Below are positions 1 to 12,021 of a stretch of DNA of 64,000 nt, piece after piece; the stretch's first letter is position 1, and each line of letters begins with the position of its first letter. The stretch spans positions 21,018,001-21,082,000 of the forward strand of contig NC_043021.1 of the NCBI RefSeq assembly GCF_006345805.1, written 5' to 3'. Source of the DNA: Octopus sinensis. Lineage: Eukaryota. Both the position numbers and the translations under genes were made by a program. The notes beneath the pieces are model-generated. The model was given only the letters and a program-made list of their open reading frames with translations. It ran no database searches and was not told the origin of the DNA.

Positions 1-720
1 ATAACATCAGTACCATGTGGTTTCGGAATCGGTCACACAATGTGGCACCTTGAATATCTTCTAGTATCCATGTGAAAGGATTACACAGCTCTGTCTTATG
101 TATCATTTTTTTCTTTCATTCACAAAGTGTATGATTTGTACAAGGTTTGGCTGCTATTTCTCACTGTATAGAAGCACTCCCTTTCATTTGAATCCCTGCA
201 TTTGCTTTAGTTTGGTGCAAAAATGCAATAAGTAATATCGTCTATAAAAATAAACACAAAGTTCTGTCTGTCTGGGAACCCTGTATCTTAGTCTACATTT
301 GCTCTGTATAGACATACTCTCTTTCACTCTTTCATTTGTTTCAGTCATTTGACTGTGGCCATGCTGGAGCACGGCCTTTAGTTGTGCAAATTGACCCCAG
401 GATTTATTCTTTGTAAGCCTCGTACTTATTCTATCAGACTCTTTTACTGAATCACTGAGTTACAGAGATGTAAACACACCAACAACTGTTTTCAAGTAGT
501 GGTGGTGGGAGACGAACACAGGCACAAAGACATGCATTATATATGTGTGTGTGTGTGTGTGTGTGCATAAATAGATAAATATATAGATATACATTCGTAT
601 AATTAATGTTTTTCCCAAGCTAATGTGTTGTAAAAGAGTTATTTCAGACAGGATTTTACAGCCATATGCACTTCCTGAAGCCAATTTTATCCTACAATCT
701 TTTCCTCATCAGTGATACAG

Positions 721-1039
721 GCACACACACATACATGCATGCATACATACATACATACATACATACATGCATGTATGTATGCATACATGCATGTATGTAT
801 GCATACATGCATGCATGCATGCATACATACATACATATATACATACATGCATACATGCATGCATGCATACATGCATACATACATATATACATACATGCAT
901 GCATACATGCATGCATACATACATGCACACATACATACATACATGCATGCATACATGCACACATACATACATACATGCATGCATACATGCACACATACAT
1001 ACATACATACATGCATACATGCATACATGCATACATACA
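721..1039. repeat. Complex CATA/CATG/CACA microsatellite, strict purine-pyrimidine alternation
   Basis: Read directly; source of the six H/I/M/Y/C-rich ORFs at 666-1141. Confidence 0.95.
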
Positions 1040-1985
1040 GGCGCGGGCATGGCTGTGTGGTTAGGGAGCTTGCTTCCTAGCTACATGGTTTCGGGTTCAG
1101 TCCCACTGCATGGCACTTTGGTTAGGTGTCTTCCGCTATAGCCCCAAGCTGACCAGAGCTTTGTGATTGAATTCGGTAGGCGGAAGTTGCTGCCGTGTGT
1201 GTATGTGTGCGTATAGCTGCTCAGTGCCTCTCCGAAAGAGAGAGAGAGGGATACATGTGTGTGTTAATGGTTAGGGCATTTGGTTCATGGCTGTAAGTTC
1301 AATACCTGGCGGTATGTTGTGTCCTTGAGCAAGTTGGTGAAAATGAGTAGTACCTGTATTTCAAAGGGCCAGCCTTGTCACACTCTGTGTCATGCTAAAT
1401 CTCCCCTGAGAACTACATTAAGGGTATATGTGTTTTTGGACCGCTCAGCCACTTGCACATTAATTTCATGAGCAGGCTGTTCTGTTGATCGGATCAACTG
1501 GAACCCTCGTCCTCGTAACTGACAGAGTGCCAGTTATTTTGATCTGCGTAAAAAGCTCAACAAGAAGAGTACTCCATCTAATGAGAGTCCAATGTTAATG
1601 TATATGTTTCACTCCAGCATATGTATGATATGTATGTATGCATTTGTGTGTTTATGTATATATATATATATATATATATAGCCTCATCTGGCACCTGTGC
1701 TGGTGGCACGTAAAAAACACCCACTACACTCATGGAGTGGTTGGCGTTAGGAAGGGCATCCAGCCATAGAAACATTGCCAGATCAGACGGCCTGGTGCAG
1801 CCTTCTGGCTTCCCAGACCCCAGTTGCACCGTCCAACCCATGCCAGCATGGAAAGTGAATGCTAAACGATGATGATGACGATGAATGAGGAGGCACAATG
1901 GCCTAGTGGTTAGGGCAGCAGACTCACGGTCGTAGCATCACGGTTTCGATTCCCAGCCTGGGCGTTGCGAGTGTTTATCACGGTG

Positions 1986-2016
<31 letters not shown>

Positions 2017-2018
2017 TA

Positions 2019-2195
2019 AGGTTAATCCAAACATGAAAACACAAAGAGAAAACACAACAACGTGAGGACGTGGAACAAATATAGTATTATTGGATGCTCA
2101 GGAAAGAAGGAGGGTTTTACGTTTCTAGCGGAGCTCTTCGTCAGAAACATAGGAAAAGGAAAGATCCAGTGAAGGGAAGACGGAGGAAAAAGCAC
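2019..2195 (-). mobile_element. Penelope-like pseudo-LTR fragment next to (TA)n
   Basis: Carries a minimal hammerhead motif; abuts a (TA)n tract. Confidence 0.5.
2114..2148 (-). ncRNA. Minimal type I hammerhead motif, degenerate
   Basis: Minus strand: GTTT-CTGACGA-A-GAGC-TCC-GCTA-GAAAC-GTA-AAAC; stem II closing pair broken. Confidence 0.55.
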
Positions 2196-2737
2196 ACATG
2201 ACACTTTGGGTAAGTGTCTTCTAATATAGCTCCCGTTTGTCTTAAGAATGGATTTGGTAGACAGAAATTGAAAGGAGCCCATTGTACGTACATATTTATG
2301 TGTGTGTTACACTGTTATAAACACAGTCTCCTAACGGCCAATAATGTTGCCGAATGGTTCCATGCGAAAGAACTTCCAGTTATGGAAAGGTGAAGTAACG
2401 CCTATCAGACAAAGCTGAATGGAAAAGTATAGCTTGGGATTTATTTCTTTTTTATTTTTTACTTGTTTCCTGGAGGTGTAAAAACACTACATCTGATTAA
2501 CGAGATTCTGAAATAAAAAAAAATGCAATAAAATTCATTTGTGGAAAATACTTTCATTGAAAACTGATGCTAGTGCGTTTAAGTCCCCGTAACTTAGCAG
2601 TTCGGCAAAAGAGAACGATAGAATAAGTACTAGGCTTACAAAGAATAAGTCCTGGGGTCGATTTGTTTGACTAAAGGCGGTGCTCCAGCATGGCCACGGT
2701 CAAATGACTAAAACAAGTAAAAGAGTAAAAGAATTAA

Positions 2738-2955
2738 CCCTTTCGTTACTGTATTTATTTTGAGATGCGCTGTGTTACATTCAACTAATTTTAAATATAA
2801 TGAAGAATTTAGTAAAAGAACTTACTTATCATTAAGCTAGTGTTGAGAACATAAATTGTGACTAAGGTTTGGTGGAAGATTTTAATTCAAAACTTATGAA
2901 AGTAAGACATCTGTACTAGCCAGAGCCGGTTTTGGCCGGGTTGGTATCAAAAGGG
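2738..2955. mobile_element. piggyBac-like MITE (family E)
   Basis: TTAA on both sides; TIRs CCCTTTCGTTAC / GTATCAAAAGGG. Confidence 0.8.
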
Positions 2956-3537
2956 TTAAAAAGAGTAATACAAGGCTTACCCCGAAACCCATTAGAGTTA
3001 TGTCCCTTAGATTGGTCCTATTTTACCATTGTCCTGCGTGCTGGCGGCATATGTGTCAACAGTCAAAATATCTGATTCTAGACTGGAGAAAGAGAGGGAT
3101 AAGGGTGAGGTGAGGATGGTAAGAGAGAAAGTGATATATAGATGATAGTTTTTTTAAAGAACATGAATGGGTGCATATATGTATGTCTTTTTTATTTCAA
3201 GATTTCTTGCCAATAGAAAAAGAGCCAGTTTCTAACCTAGATCCAAGGCCTCTTCATTGGAATTTCAATATCAACAACAGAGTATTTTTATTTGTATGTA
3301 TATATGTATGTATGCATGCAGATTTGTATGTTTTGTTTCATGTATGTATACTCATGCATATAATTGCATATCGAAACATGCTCATATATATTTAAATGAT
3401 AAACTTTTGGGAAGTTTTACAGATTTTTACAGTTCCAGTGATGGATTGGATCTGTAGTCTTAGAATTAGCTTTCTCCTTTCTGGTTTTGAGAAGCCTAAT
3501 TTCTCAAGATTGGTATTTAGGCAGTGTGTACATCCTT

Positions 3538-3578
<41 letters not shown>

Positions 3579-3856
3579 ACCTTCGAAACGTGGAGTAGAT
3601 GAAACAAAGGCGACTGAAGAAGGGGAATTTTCCTTGTTCTGTATGTCCTGTACTCTATTTTTTCATTATTTAAGAAAAATGTCCATTTCCTTGGTTTTGT
3701 GTTTATGTTTTCGTTTCTCATTGTGTTTGACGTTTTTTTTTTTGGTGTCCTGTACCCATATATGCATGTATATATACATGTAGAGGTAGGTACATACATA
3801 TATGTATGTATATATGCATATGTTTTATTTATTTATTAATTTATTATATATATATG

Positions 3857-4122
3857 TCCTCCCGAAGAACCTGAGAGACCTGCATGGGGTGGATGCAGAT
3901 GTCTTTAAAATGAAGCTGGATCTCTTCCTGTCAGGTGTCCCAGATGAACCAACTTCACGGCAGGAGGGGCAGATGAGGGCAGCTGCATCGAACTCTCTCA
4001 TGCACCAAATGGCAGTTGCTAGAAAGCTTTCGTGAAGTGAAACCAAGTAGCAACACCAAATGGCGGTGCCCCAGCATGGCCACAGCTCATAAGCTGAAAT
4101 TAGAATCAATCAATCAATCAAT
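3857..4122 (+). mobile_element. LINE 3' fragment (CR1/Jockey-group-like; clade not assignable by eye)
   Basis: ORF C-terminus LPKNLRDL...FKMKLDLFLSGVPDEP...RAAASNSL, short 3'UTR, (ATCA)n tail. Confidence 0.7.
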
Positions 4123-4367
4123 CATATGTACATTTATTTGTTCATTCATTCTCTTCTGTTTATAGCTTTTTAACCTCTTCCTTTGAAGAAGGAACTGGTT
4201 TAACAAAGATACAAAGCTCCATCATTGGAATGTAGATAATGAAAACATTGTCACATTTTAAACTTGAGAAAAGTCTGGCATAGTTTTACTGTTCTGTTTG
4301 TAGATTGTATTTGTAATGTGTGAAGAAGTTTGTGTGTGTGTGTGTGTTTTATTTAAGTTTTTCTTAA

Positions 4368-4780
4368 GGGAGTTCAAGCTGGTTCTTAACAAATTGACAT
4401 GATTTTTTGAGTTAAGAGAGACTCTTCAAACTCCACCTGTCTAACACCCGTGGACATGTTTACAAAGTCAGAAAGCAGCACAGCTCCCATGACTTTCGGA
4501 AACATTTTTTCACGCTGAGAGTTGCTGAAGTATGGAACAAACTGCCGGCATCAGTTGTTAGTTGTCGGAGCACTGCATCCTTCAAAACTTCCATGCTTCC
4601 TGAGATTCGCCAACACTACACCTGATTTTCTCCCCTCCATACACACACAAGCATGTATCTGACTCATACATTGTTCGCTTTCTAGACATTTGTACATTAC
4701 TGCATATGCTTTATATGCACTTTCTGACAAGTTGTGGTGCACCTGAGCACTGTATACAATGATTACATTATTATTATAAT
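4368..4780 (+). mobile_element. CR1-type LINE 3' fragment
   Basis: NTRGH...[14 protein letters not shown]...SFKT, stop 4623-4625, (ATT)n tail; same family at 52677-54040. Confidence 0.85.
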
Positions 4781-4830
4781 ATGTGGTTGAGTTGGTTTGT
4801 TGGTTGAGCTGTTGAGCTATTCACCTAAGG

Positions 4831-5049
4831 CAGTGCTTTTCAAACTTTTTGCTGGAGCGGAACCCCAAGGAAGCATTCCACTGGCTCGAGGAACCCCTGT
4901 GCAATAATTTAATAGTCTTATGCACACATATCTGCACAGGAGAATTAAAAATTACTGCCGATTTTAGCAGTTTTGTAACTTCTTGCGGAACCCCTGGACT
5001 GTACTGGTGGAACCCTAAGGTTCCCCGGAACACTGGTTGAAAACCACTG
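4831..5049. mobile_element. hAT (Charlie-like) MITE
   Basis: TIRs CAGTGCTTTTCAA / TTGAAAACCACTG; perfect 8-bp TSD ACCTAAGG (4823-4830, 5050-5057). Confidence 0.9.
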
Positions 5050-7028
5050 ACCTAAGGTATCTGAGATGGTGAATCTTCACTGTAACACTAAAAGATTGGG
5101 TTTCGAGAAATGTATGTCTGCATATATACATGTGCATAAGTATGTAATGTATGAATGAGTGCATGCAAGTTGATCAGAGATGTTCCAACTTTGACCAAAT
5201 AATAGTCTTTATTGAAATATCTCATATCTTGGTGTACATAATCTAGTGTGATTTGATGGATATTTAGCTGCGTTCTTCAGCAGCTTGAAAGACCATGTGG
5301 AAGCTTCCTTGTATGCTTGCCTGATGTGCATGAAAGACATGGCAGAAATGGGCTGAGACATTGGCAGCTGACAGATTTCAAGAAGGCTTAACAATAGATA
5401 GACAGTGGACGCAAAAGAGGTGATCCCCTTTGGTCATGACACTGACCATGGGATTGCACCTAGAAAGTTACCCTCCCAGGCACAAGTCCAGGCAAGATTG
5501 TTTATAGAAGACCAGCAGTCACCCATGCATACCAGCCTCCCCTCTCCACACCACTGATGTTATCCAAGGGAAAGGCAAAGGGGCTGATACAGCTTGGCAC
5601 CGGTGATATCACAACTCATTTCTACAGCTGAGTGAACTGGAGCAACGTGAAATAGAGTGTCTTGCTCAAGCACACAACACACAGCCTGGTCCAGGAATCA
5701 AACTCACAAGGCCAACAGTTTTGGCAGAGGTGTCAAGTTGATTAAATCAACACCACTGCTCAGCTGCGTGGAAGCACGTAGTTTAGTGGTGAAGGTGTTG
5801 GTCTTATGATCGTAAGATTGTGGTTTTGACTCCTGGACTGGGCGACGGTGTTGTGCCTTTGAGTAAAACACTTCATTTCACATAGCTCCAGTCCACTCAG
5901 CTGGCCAAAATGAGTGATCCTGTGACTGACCAAGTGGGTAACTTATATGCCATAGAAACTGGGAAACTAGCCCTTATGAGTTGGCATGACTCGATAAGGT
6001 AACATTACCTTTTTTTTACTTCTCAGTTGGTATTTATTTTATCAACCCTAAAAGGATGAAAGGCAAAGACTGCCTCAGCAGAATTTGAACTCGGAATGCA
6101 TTTTGCCTAGTGTGCTAATGATTCTGCCAGCTCATTGCCTTTTAAACATAACTGATATTAAAAGAGCAATGATGAGAGTGTCTGTGTGTCTGTGGATCTG
6201 TGAATTTTTGTACAAGTGTTTGTGTGTGTTTATATATTCATGTATATCTATGTGTATGCATATGCACTGTCTGTCAGGGAAATTGTAGCTGTGATACCAG
6301 TGCCGGTGGCATGTAAGCGAACCATCCGAAAGAGGCCGTTGCCAGCCTCGCCTGGCCCCTGTGCCAGTGGCACGTAAAAAGCACCATACGATCGTGGCCG
6401 TTGCCAGCCTCGCCTGGCGCCTGTGCCAGTTGCATGTAAAAAGCACCATCCGATCATGGCCGTTTGCCAGCCCCGTCTGGCATCTGTGCCGGTGGCACGT
6501 GAAAAGCACCCACTACACTCATGGAGTGGTTGGCATTAGGAAGGGCATCCAGCTGTAGAAACATTGCCAGATCAGACTGGGCCTGGTGCAGCCTTCTGGC
6601 CTCCCAGACCCCAGTTGAACCGTCCAACCCATGCTAGCATGGAAAGCAGACGCTAAATGATGATGATGATGATATATACATACACAAGTGTCTTCTGCTA
6701 ATAGCCCCGGGCCAACCAATGCCTTGTGAATGGATTTGGTAGACAGAAACTGAAAGAAGTCTGTCGTATATATGTATATATATATATATATATGCGTGTG
6801 TGTGTTTGTGTGTCTGTGTTTGTCTCACTAGCATTGCTTGACAACCGATGCTGGTGTGTTTACGTCCCCGTCACTTAGCGGTTCGGCAAAAAGAGACCGA
6901 TAGAATAAGTACTGGGCTTACAAAAAGAATAAGTCCCGGGGTCGATTTGCTCGACTAAAGGTGGTGCTCCAGCATGGCCGCAGTCAAATGACCGAAACAA
7001 GTAAAAGAGTAAAAAGAGTATTATTATA

Positions 7029-7065
<37 letters not shown>

Positions 7066-7092
7066 CATTATTATTATAATATTGTTATTAAA

Positions 7093-7410
7093 GCGCATGG
7101 CTCAGTGGTTAGAGCGTCGAGCTTACGATCGTGAGGTTGTGAGTTCGAACCCCAGACCAGGCTGCTTGTTGTGTTCTTGAGCAAGACACTTTATTTCTCG
7201 CTGCTCTGGTTCACTCAGTTGTAGAAATGAGCTGCAACATCACTGGTGCCAAACTGTATCGGCCCCTTTGCCTTTTTCTCTTGGATAACACTGGTGGCGT
7301 GAAGAGAAGAGGCCGGTATGCATGGGCGACTGCTGGTCTTCCATAAACAAACTTGCCCGGATTTGTGCCTGGGATTGAACCTTCTAGGTTCAATCCCACG
7401 GTCAGTCATG
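7093..7410 (+). mobile_element. tRNA-derived SINE family D (related pieces ~5400-6000, 27393-27640, 57700-57830, 58707-58940)
   Basis: A box TGGCTCAGTGG, B box GAGTTCGAACC, central GTGTTCTTGAGCAAGACACT. Confidence 0.75.
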
Positions 7411-7729
7411 ACTGAAGTGGGTCTCAGCTCAGCATTATTATTATTATTATTAATTTTTAAAATTATTATTCATATTACAAGTGTGTGTGTATTCATTATT
7501 ATCTTATTTAGTTCATTCAGTTTTTAAAAAATTGATGCATGTCCTTAACAGTAATGGAGCATATTGAACTTAACCTTGTGCACAACTTTTGGCCCAACCT
7601 GGATATACATCTGTCTGTCTGTCTACACAGACAGATAGACACACATATACATATGTGTGTGTGTGTGTGTGTTTTTGCGTTTGTGTCTGTACCCCTACTG
7701 TATGGCAGCCGGTATTAGTTTGTTTACAT

Positions 7730-8512
7730 GGCAGCGAGCTGTCAGAAGTGTTAGCATGCTGGGCGAAATGCGTAGCCGTATTTCGTCTGCCGCTACATTC
7801 TGAGTTCAAATTCCGCCGAGGTCGACTTTGCCTTTCATCCTTTCGGGGTAGATAAATTAAGTACCAGTTACACACTGAGGTCGATATAATTGACTTAATC
7901 CATTTGTCTGTCCTTGTTTGTCCTCTCTGTGTTTAGCCCCTTGTGGGTAGTAAAGAAATAGGTATTTGGTCAGCTGTTACGTTCTGAGTTCAAATTCCGC
8001 CGAGGTCGACTTTGCCTTTCATCGTTTCGGGGTAGATAAATTAAGTACCAGTTACGCACTGGGGTCGATATAATCGACTAAATCCCTTTGTCTGTCCTTG
8101 TTTGTCCTCTCTGTGTTTAGCCCCTTGTGGGTAGTAAAGAAATAGGTATTTGGTCAGATGTTATGTTCTGAGTTCAAATTCCACCGAGGTCGACTTTGCC
8201 TTTCATCCTTTTGGGGTCAATAAATTAAGTACCAGTTACGCACTGGGGTCGATGTAATCGACTTAATCCCTTTGTCTGTCCTTGTTTGTCCCCTCTGTGT
8301 TTAGCCCCTTGTGTGTAGTAAAGAAATAGGTATTTGGTCAGCTGTTACGTTCTGAGTTCAAATTCCGCCGAGATTGAATTTGCCTTTCATCCTTTCGGCG
8401 TCGATAAATTAAGTACCAGTTACGCACTGGGGTCGATGTAATCGACTTAATATCTATGTCTGTCCTTGTTTGTCCCCTTTGTGTTGAACCCTTTGTGGGT
8501 TGTAAAGAAATA
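7730..8512 (+). mobile_element. SINE-B tetramer (one head plus 184-bp units), nested in a SINE-A copy
   Basis: 19-bp TSD GGTATTAGTTTGTTTACAT (7711-7729, 8513-8531); junctions at 7961, 8145, 8329. Confidence 0.85.
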
Positions 8513-9119
8513 GGTATTAGTTTGTTTACATCCCTGTAACTTAATGCTTCAGCAAAACAAGAGGCCAATAGAATAAATACCAGACTCTAAAAAAAAAAAA
8601 ATTTGGTTTTCTTTTTTCTTCTTTTTATTCGACTCATCGCTTCAAGACTGTGCACCAGTATGGCCACGTTAGTTCAATGACTGAAACAAATGAAAGATAA
8701 TAAGACACAAACACCGTGACCGAGCGATGGGTTGGCGCCGACATATCAATAGTTCCACATATAACTTGCTGGCAGAGCGACAATTTCTGAAGTTGCAGCT
8801 ACACTGAGCAACACCACAACATGCGGCAGCGTCTTGCAGTGTCTGTGTTTGTTGCTCTGTATGTTGTCTAATGATGCGACTACTGCAGTTCTCTCCTCTC
8901 TCATCCTCCCCTTCCCATCTTGTGCAGCTGCAAAGATTTTTCTGCTATCACCATTGCTTAGTTAGTTAGTCTGTAGAAAGTACTGCATCTTTACCGCTTT
9001 GCTTATAATAACAATGAGCCAACATGTGTGGGTGGGGTTTCACGCCATGCTCGTGTCATTCAGATTATTAGAAATAGCAACTGAATTTCGCCCCCAAAAC
9101 ACATTCATGTTGTCTTTAA

Positions 9120-9594
9120 CCCTTTCGTTACTATATTTATTTTGAGATGCTCTGTGTTTCTTTCAAATAATTTTAAATATAACAAAGAATTTAGTAAAAT
9201 TACTTGGTTATCATTCAGCTAGTGTTAGGAACATAAATTGTGACTAAGGTTTGGTAGAAGATTTTAATTCAAAACTTAAGAAAACAAGACATTTGTACGA
9301 CAGAGCCAGAGGCACTTTCAGCTCGGTTGGTATCAAAAGGGTTAAGGATTGTTTCTCTATTATATATTTTAACCCTTTTCTTACCATATTTCTGTTGAGA
9401 TGCTCTGTGTTTCTTTCAATTGATTTTAAATATAACAAAGAATTTAGTAAAATAACTTGGTTATCATTAAGCTAGTGTTAGGAACATAAATTGTGACTAA
9501 GGTTTGGTGGAAGATTTTAATTCAAAACTTAAAGAAACAAGACATTTGTACGACAGAGCCAGAGCCAGTTTCAGCCGGGTTGGTAACAAAAGGG
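9120..9594. mobile_element. Dimer of family E piggyBac-like MITEs (9120-9341 and 9373-9594)
   Basis: Each unit TTAA-flanked; 23-nt spacer. Confidence 0.8.
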
Positions 9595-10520
9595 TTAACC
9601 CATTAACTGCCAAATTTTTTTTATTCATATTTTTTAGCTTTGCCAGGTGTCTTAGGAGTTAAAATAATATAATATTTAAATTTTCTTCAGGAGTGGCTGT
9701 GTGGTAAGTAGCTTGCTTACCAACCATATGGTCCCATGTTCAGTCCTACTGCATGGCATCTTGGGCAAGTGTCTTCTACTAAAGCCTTGGGCCAACCAAA
9801 GCCTTGTGAGGAGATTTGGTAGATGGAAACTGGAAGAAGCCCATCGTATATGTATATATATATGTGTGTGTGTATGTGTGTTTGTGTTTGTCCCCCCCCC
9901 CCAACAATGCTTGACAACCGATGCTGGTGTATTTATGTCCCCGTAACTTAGTAGTTTGGCATAAGAGACCGATAAAATAAGTACTAGGCTTACAAAGAAT
10001 AAGCTCTGGGGTTGATTTGCTTGCAGCATGGAAGGTGATTATAAGCCATTTAAAAACACACGAGATGCAGCACGGAATTTTGTCAGTGAACAGGTCGCGG
10101 ACTCAAAGTGACGAAAATATTTTGGCAAATTAAATTCAAATGTTGAAGTGAATCTAACGGTTTTTGTGTATTTCTTAAATGGCTTATAAACACCTTCCAC
10201 GCTGCAGTTGTTTTCATTCCGGCACACAATCTCAGATCAGGTCACTTGCTATGCAAGTACATCTCCATAATATATATTATATATACATACATAATACACA
10301 CACAAAACATTTTCTCACATCTCAAGAAATCTGGGGTTCCAGAGGATAGGCTATAATGTACTCCTCTTCTTTTCCCCCCATGGGGCCTGGGGTTAATACT
10401 CAACTGTGCTGGCTGTAGCATCAGCTTTCTTTGGCTACAGATTACACTCACATTTGTACCTTAATTTATTAAATACTTGATTCCACACTGTGACCTGAAT
10501 AATAATTATTATAATAGTGT

Positions 10521-10976
10521 TTATTAATTGACATGAGTATTCCCTGTGATCACAATATAGCAGCGAAAGAATTTGACAAGATTAGTAAATATAAAGACTT
10601 GCTAATAGAAATTGAAAAAATGTGGCATCTCAAGGCGACTACAGTACCAGTGATTGTAGGATTTCTAGGAATGATAAAAAAAGGTACTGAAACCTATTTG
10701 AAAATGATTCCAGGCTTACCATCCCTACAGGAAGTGCAAAAAATCGTATTAACTGGAACGTCTCATGTACTGAGAAGAGTGTTATCGCTGTGAAAATAAC
10801 ATCCATCCATGAATTTATTTATTAATTTTTAAATACATATTTTACCTGTGAATTTACGTGTGTAATCTGGGAATGCATACAATGAGCTTCTCTGCCCTAG
10901 GTGTATGGAAAACACTCGGCGAGAAACGGAAGAAAATTTGAGGAAAGAAGGAATAATAATAATAACATTGAAAAAT
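10521..10976 (+). mobile_element. 5'-truncated R4/Dong-like (RLE-type) non-LTR retrotransposon
   Basis: ORF 10533-10793: IDMSIPCDHNIAAKEFDKISKYKDL..EIEKMW..VPVIVGFLG restriction-like endonuclease motif; AAT-rich sequence at both ends. Confidence 0.75.
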
Positions 10977-11015
10977 ACCTTAGGAATGAGAACCCAGGTT
11001 CGAAATTTCCCCACT

Positions 11016-11059
11016 ACACCTGATGAAGGCTGGAGGGTATATCAGCCGAAACGTTGTGT
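11016..11059 (+). ncRNA. Minimal type I hammerhead ribozyme motif with intact core, in a Penelope-like LTR fragment (10977-11108)
   Basis: ACAC-CTGATGA-A-GGCTG-(10 nt)-CAGCC-GAAAC-GTT-GTGT. Confidence 0.7.
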
Positions 11060-11990
11060 TAATAACAAACAAGATGAGGACAAATATCTGTCAAATGTAA
11101 ATAATGTATATGTCATATTTCAGGAGTTTTTGTCCCTTTATCAGTACCCCTCAAACACCAGGATTAAACCCTTATTTATTTGTAAGATGGTCCCAAAATT
11201 TTTTGTTGCTTGAAGCTGCAACCTGTTCACTAACAGAAATTTTGTACTGCATCTCAAAATACTTGCTATGCAAGCACATCTCCTTAACACACACAAACAC
11301 ACACACACACATATTTTTATTCTTTTTTTTCATTTACTTGTTTCAGTCATTTGATTGCAGCCATGCTGGGGCACTACCTTTAGTCGAGCAAAACGACCCC
11401 CGGGACTTATTCTTTGTAAGCCTAGTACTTATTCTATTGGTCTCTTTTGCCGGACTGCTAAGTTATGTAGACGTAAACACACCAGCATCCATTGTCAAGT
11501 GATGTTGGAGGGACAAACACACACACACATATATGACAGGCTTCTTTTCAGTTTCCATCTACCAAATCCACTCACAAGGCTTTGGTCGGCCTGAGGCTAT
11601 AGTAGAAGACACTTGCCCAAGGTGCCACACAGTGGGACTGAACCCAGAACCATGCAGTTGGAAGCAAGCTACTAGGCTTACAAAAACTAAGTCCTGGGGT
11701 TGATTTGCTCGACTAAAGGCAGTGCTCCAGCATGGCCACAGTCAAATGACTGAAACAAGTAAAAGAGTAAGAGTAAAACAGTATATGTATGCATTTCTTT
11801 CCTTCCTTTATTTCTTTCTTTCCCACTAATCGATTTGATTTGGAGAATCTGTGGCAGTTTCTTTTGTTCTTTCTATGGAAGACCAAGTATTTCTAGGTGT
11901 TTGTGTGAATTCTTTGGTATATGGCATAATGCACCGATGATGAAAGGAACAAACGAGAATTTGTAGTCAAAGTACAAGAGCTGTAATTTC

Positions 11991-12021
<31 letters not shown>

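Noticed and set aside
666-1141. Six overlapping 113-132 aa ORFs
   Set aside because: Stop-free microsatellite translated in all frames; the same applies to ORFs at 19845-20209 and many YIYI/THTH ORFs
3578-3630. CCTTCGAAACGT ... CTGAAGAAGG hammerhead-like pieces
   Set aside because: Permuted order, G at the cleavage position, no stem I
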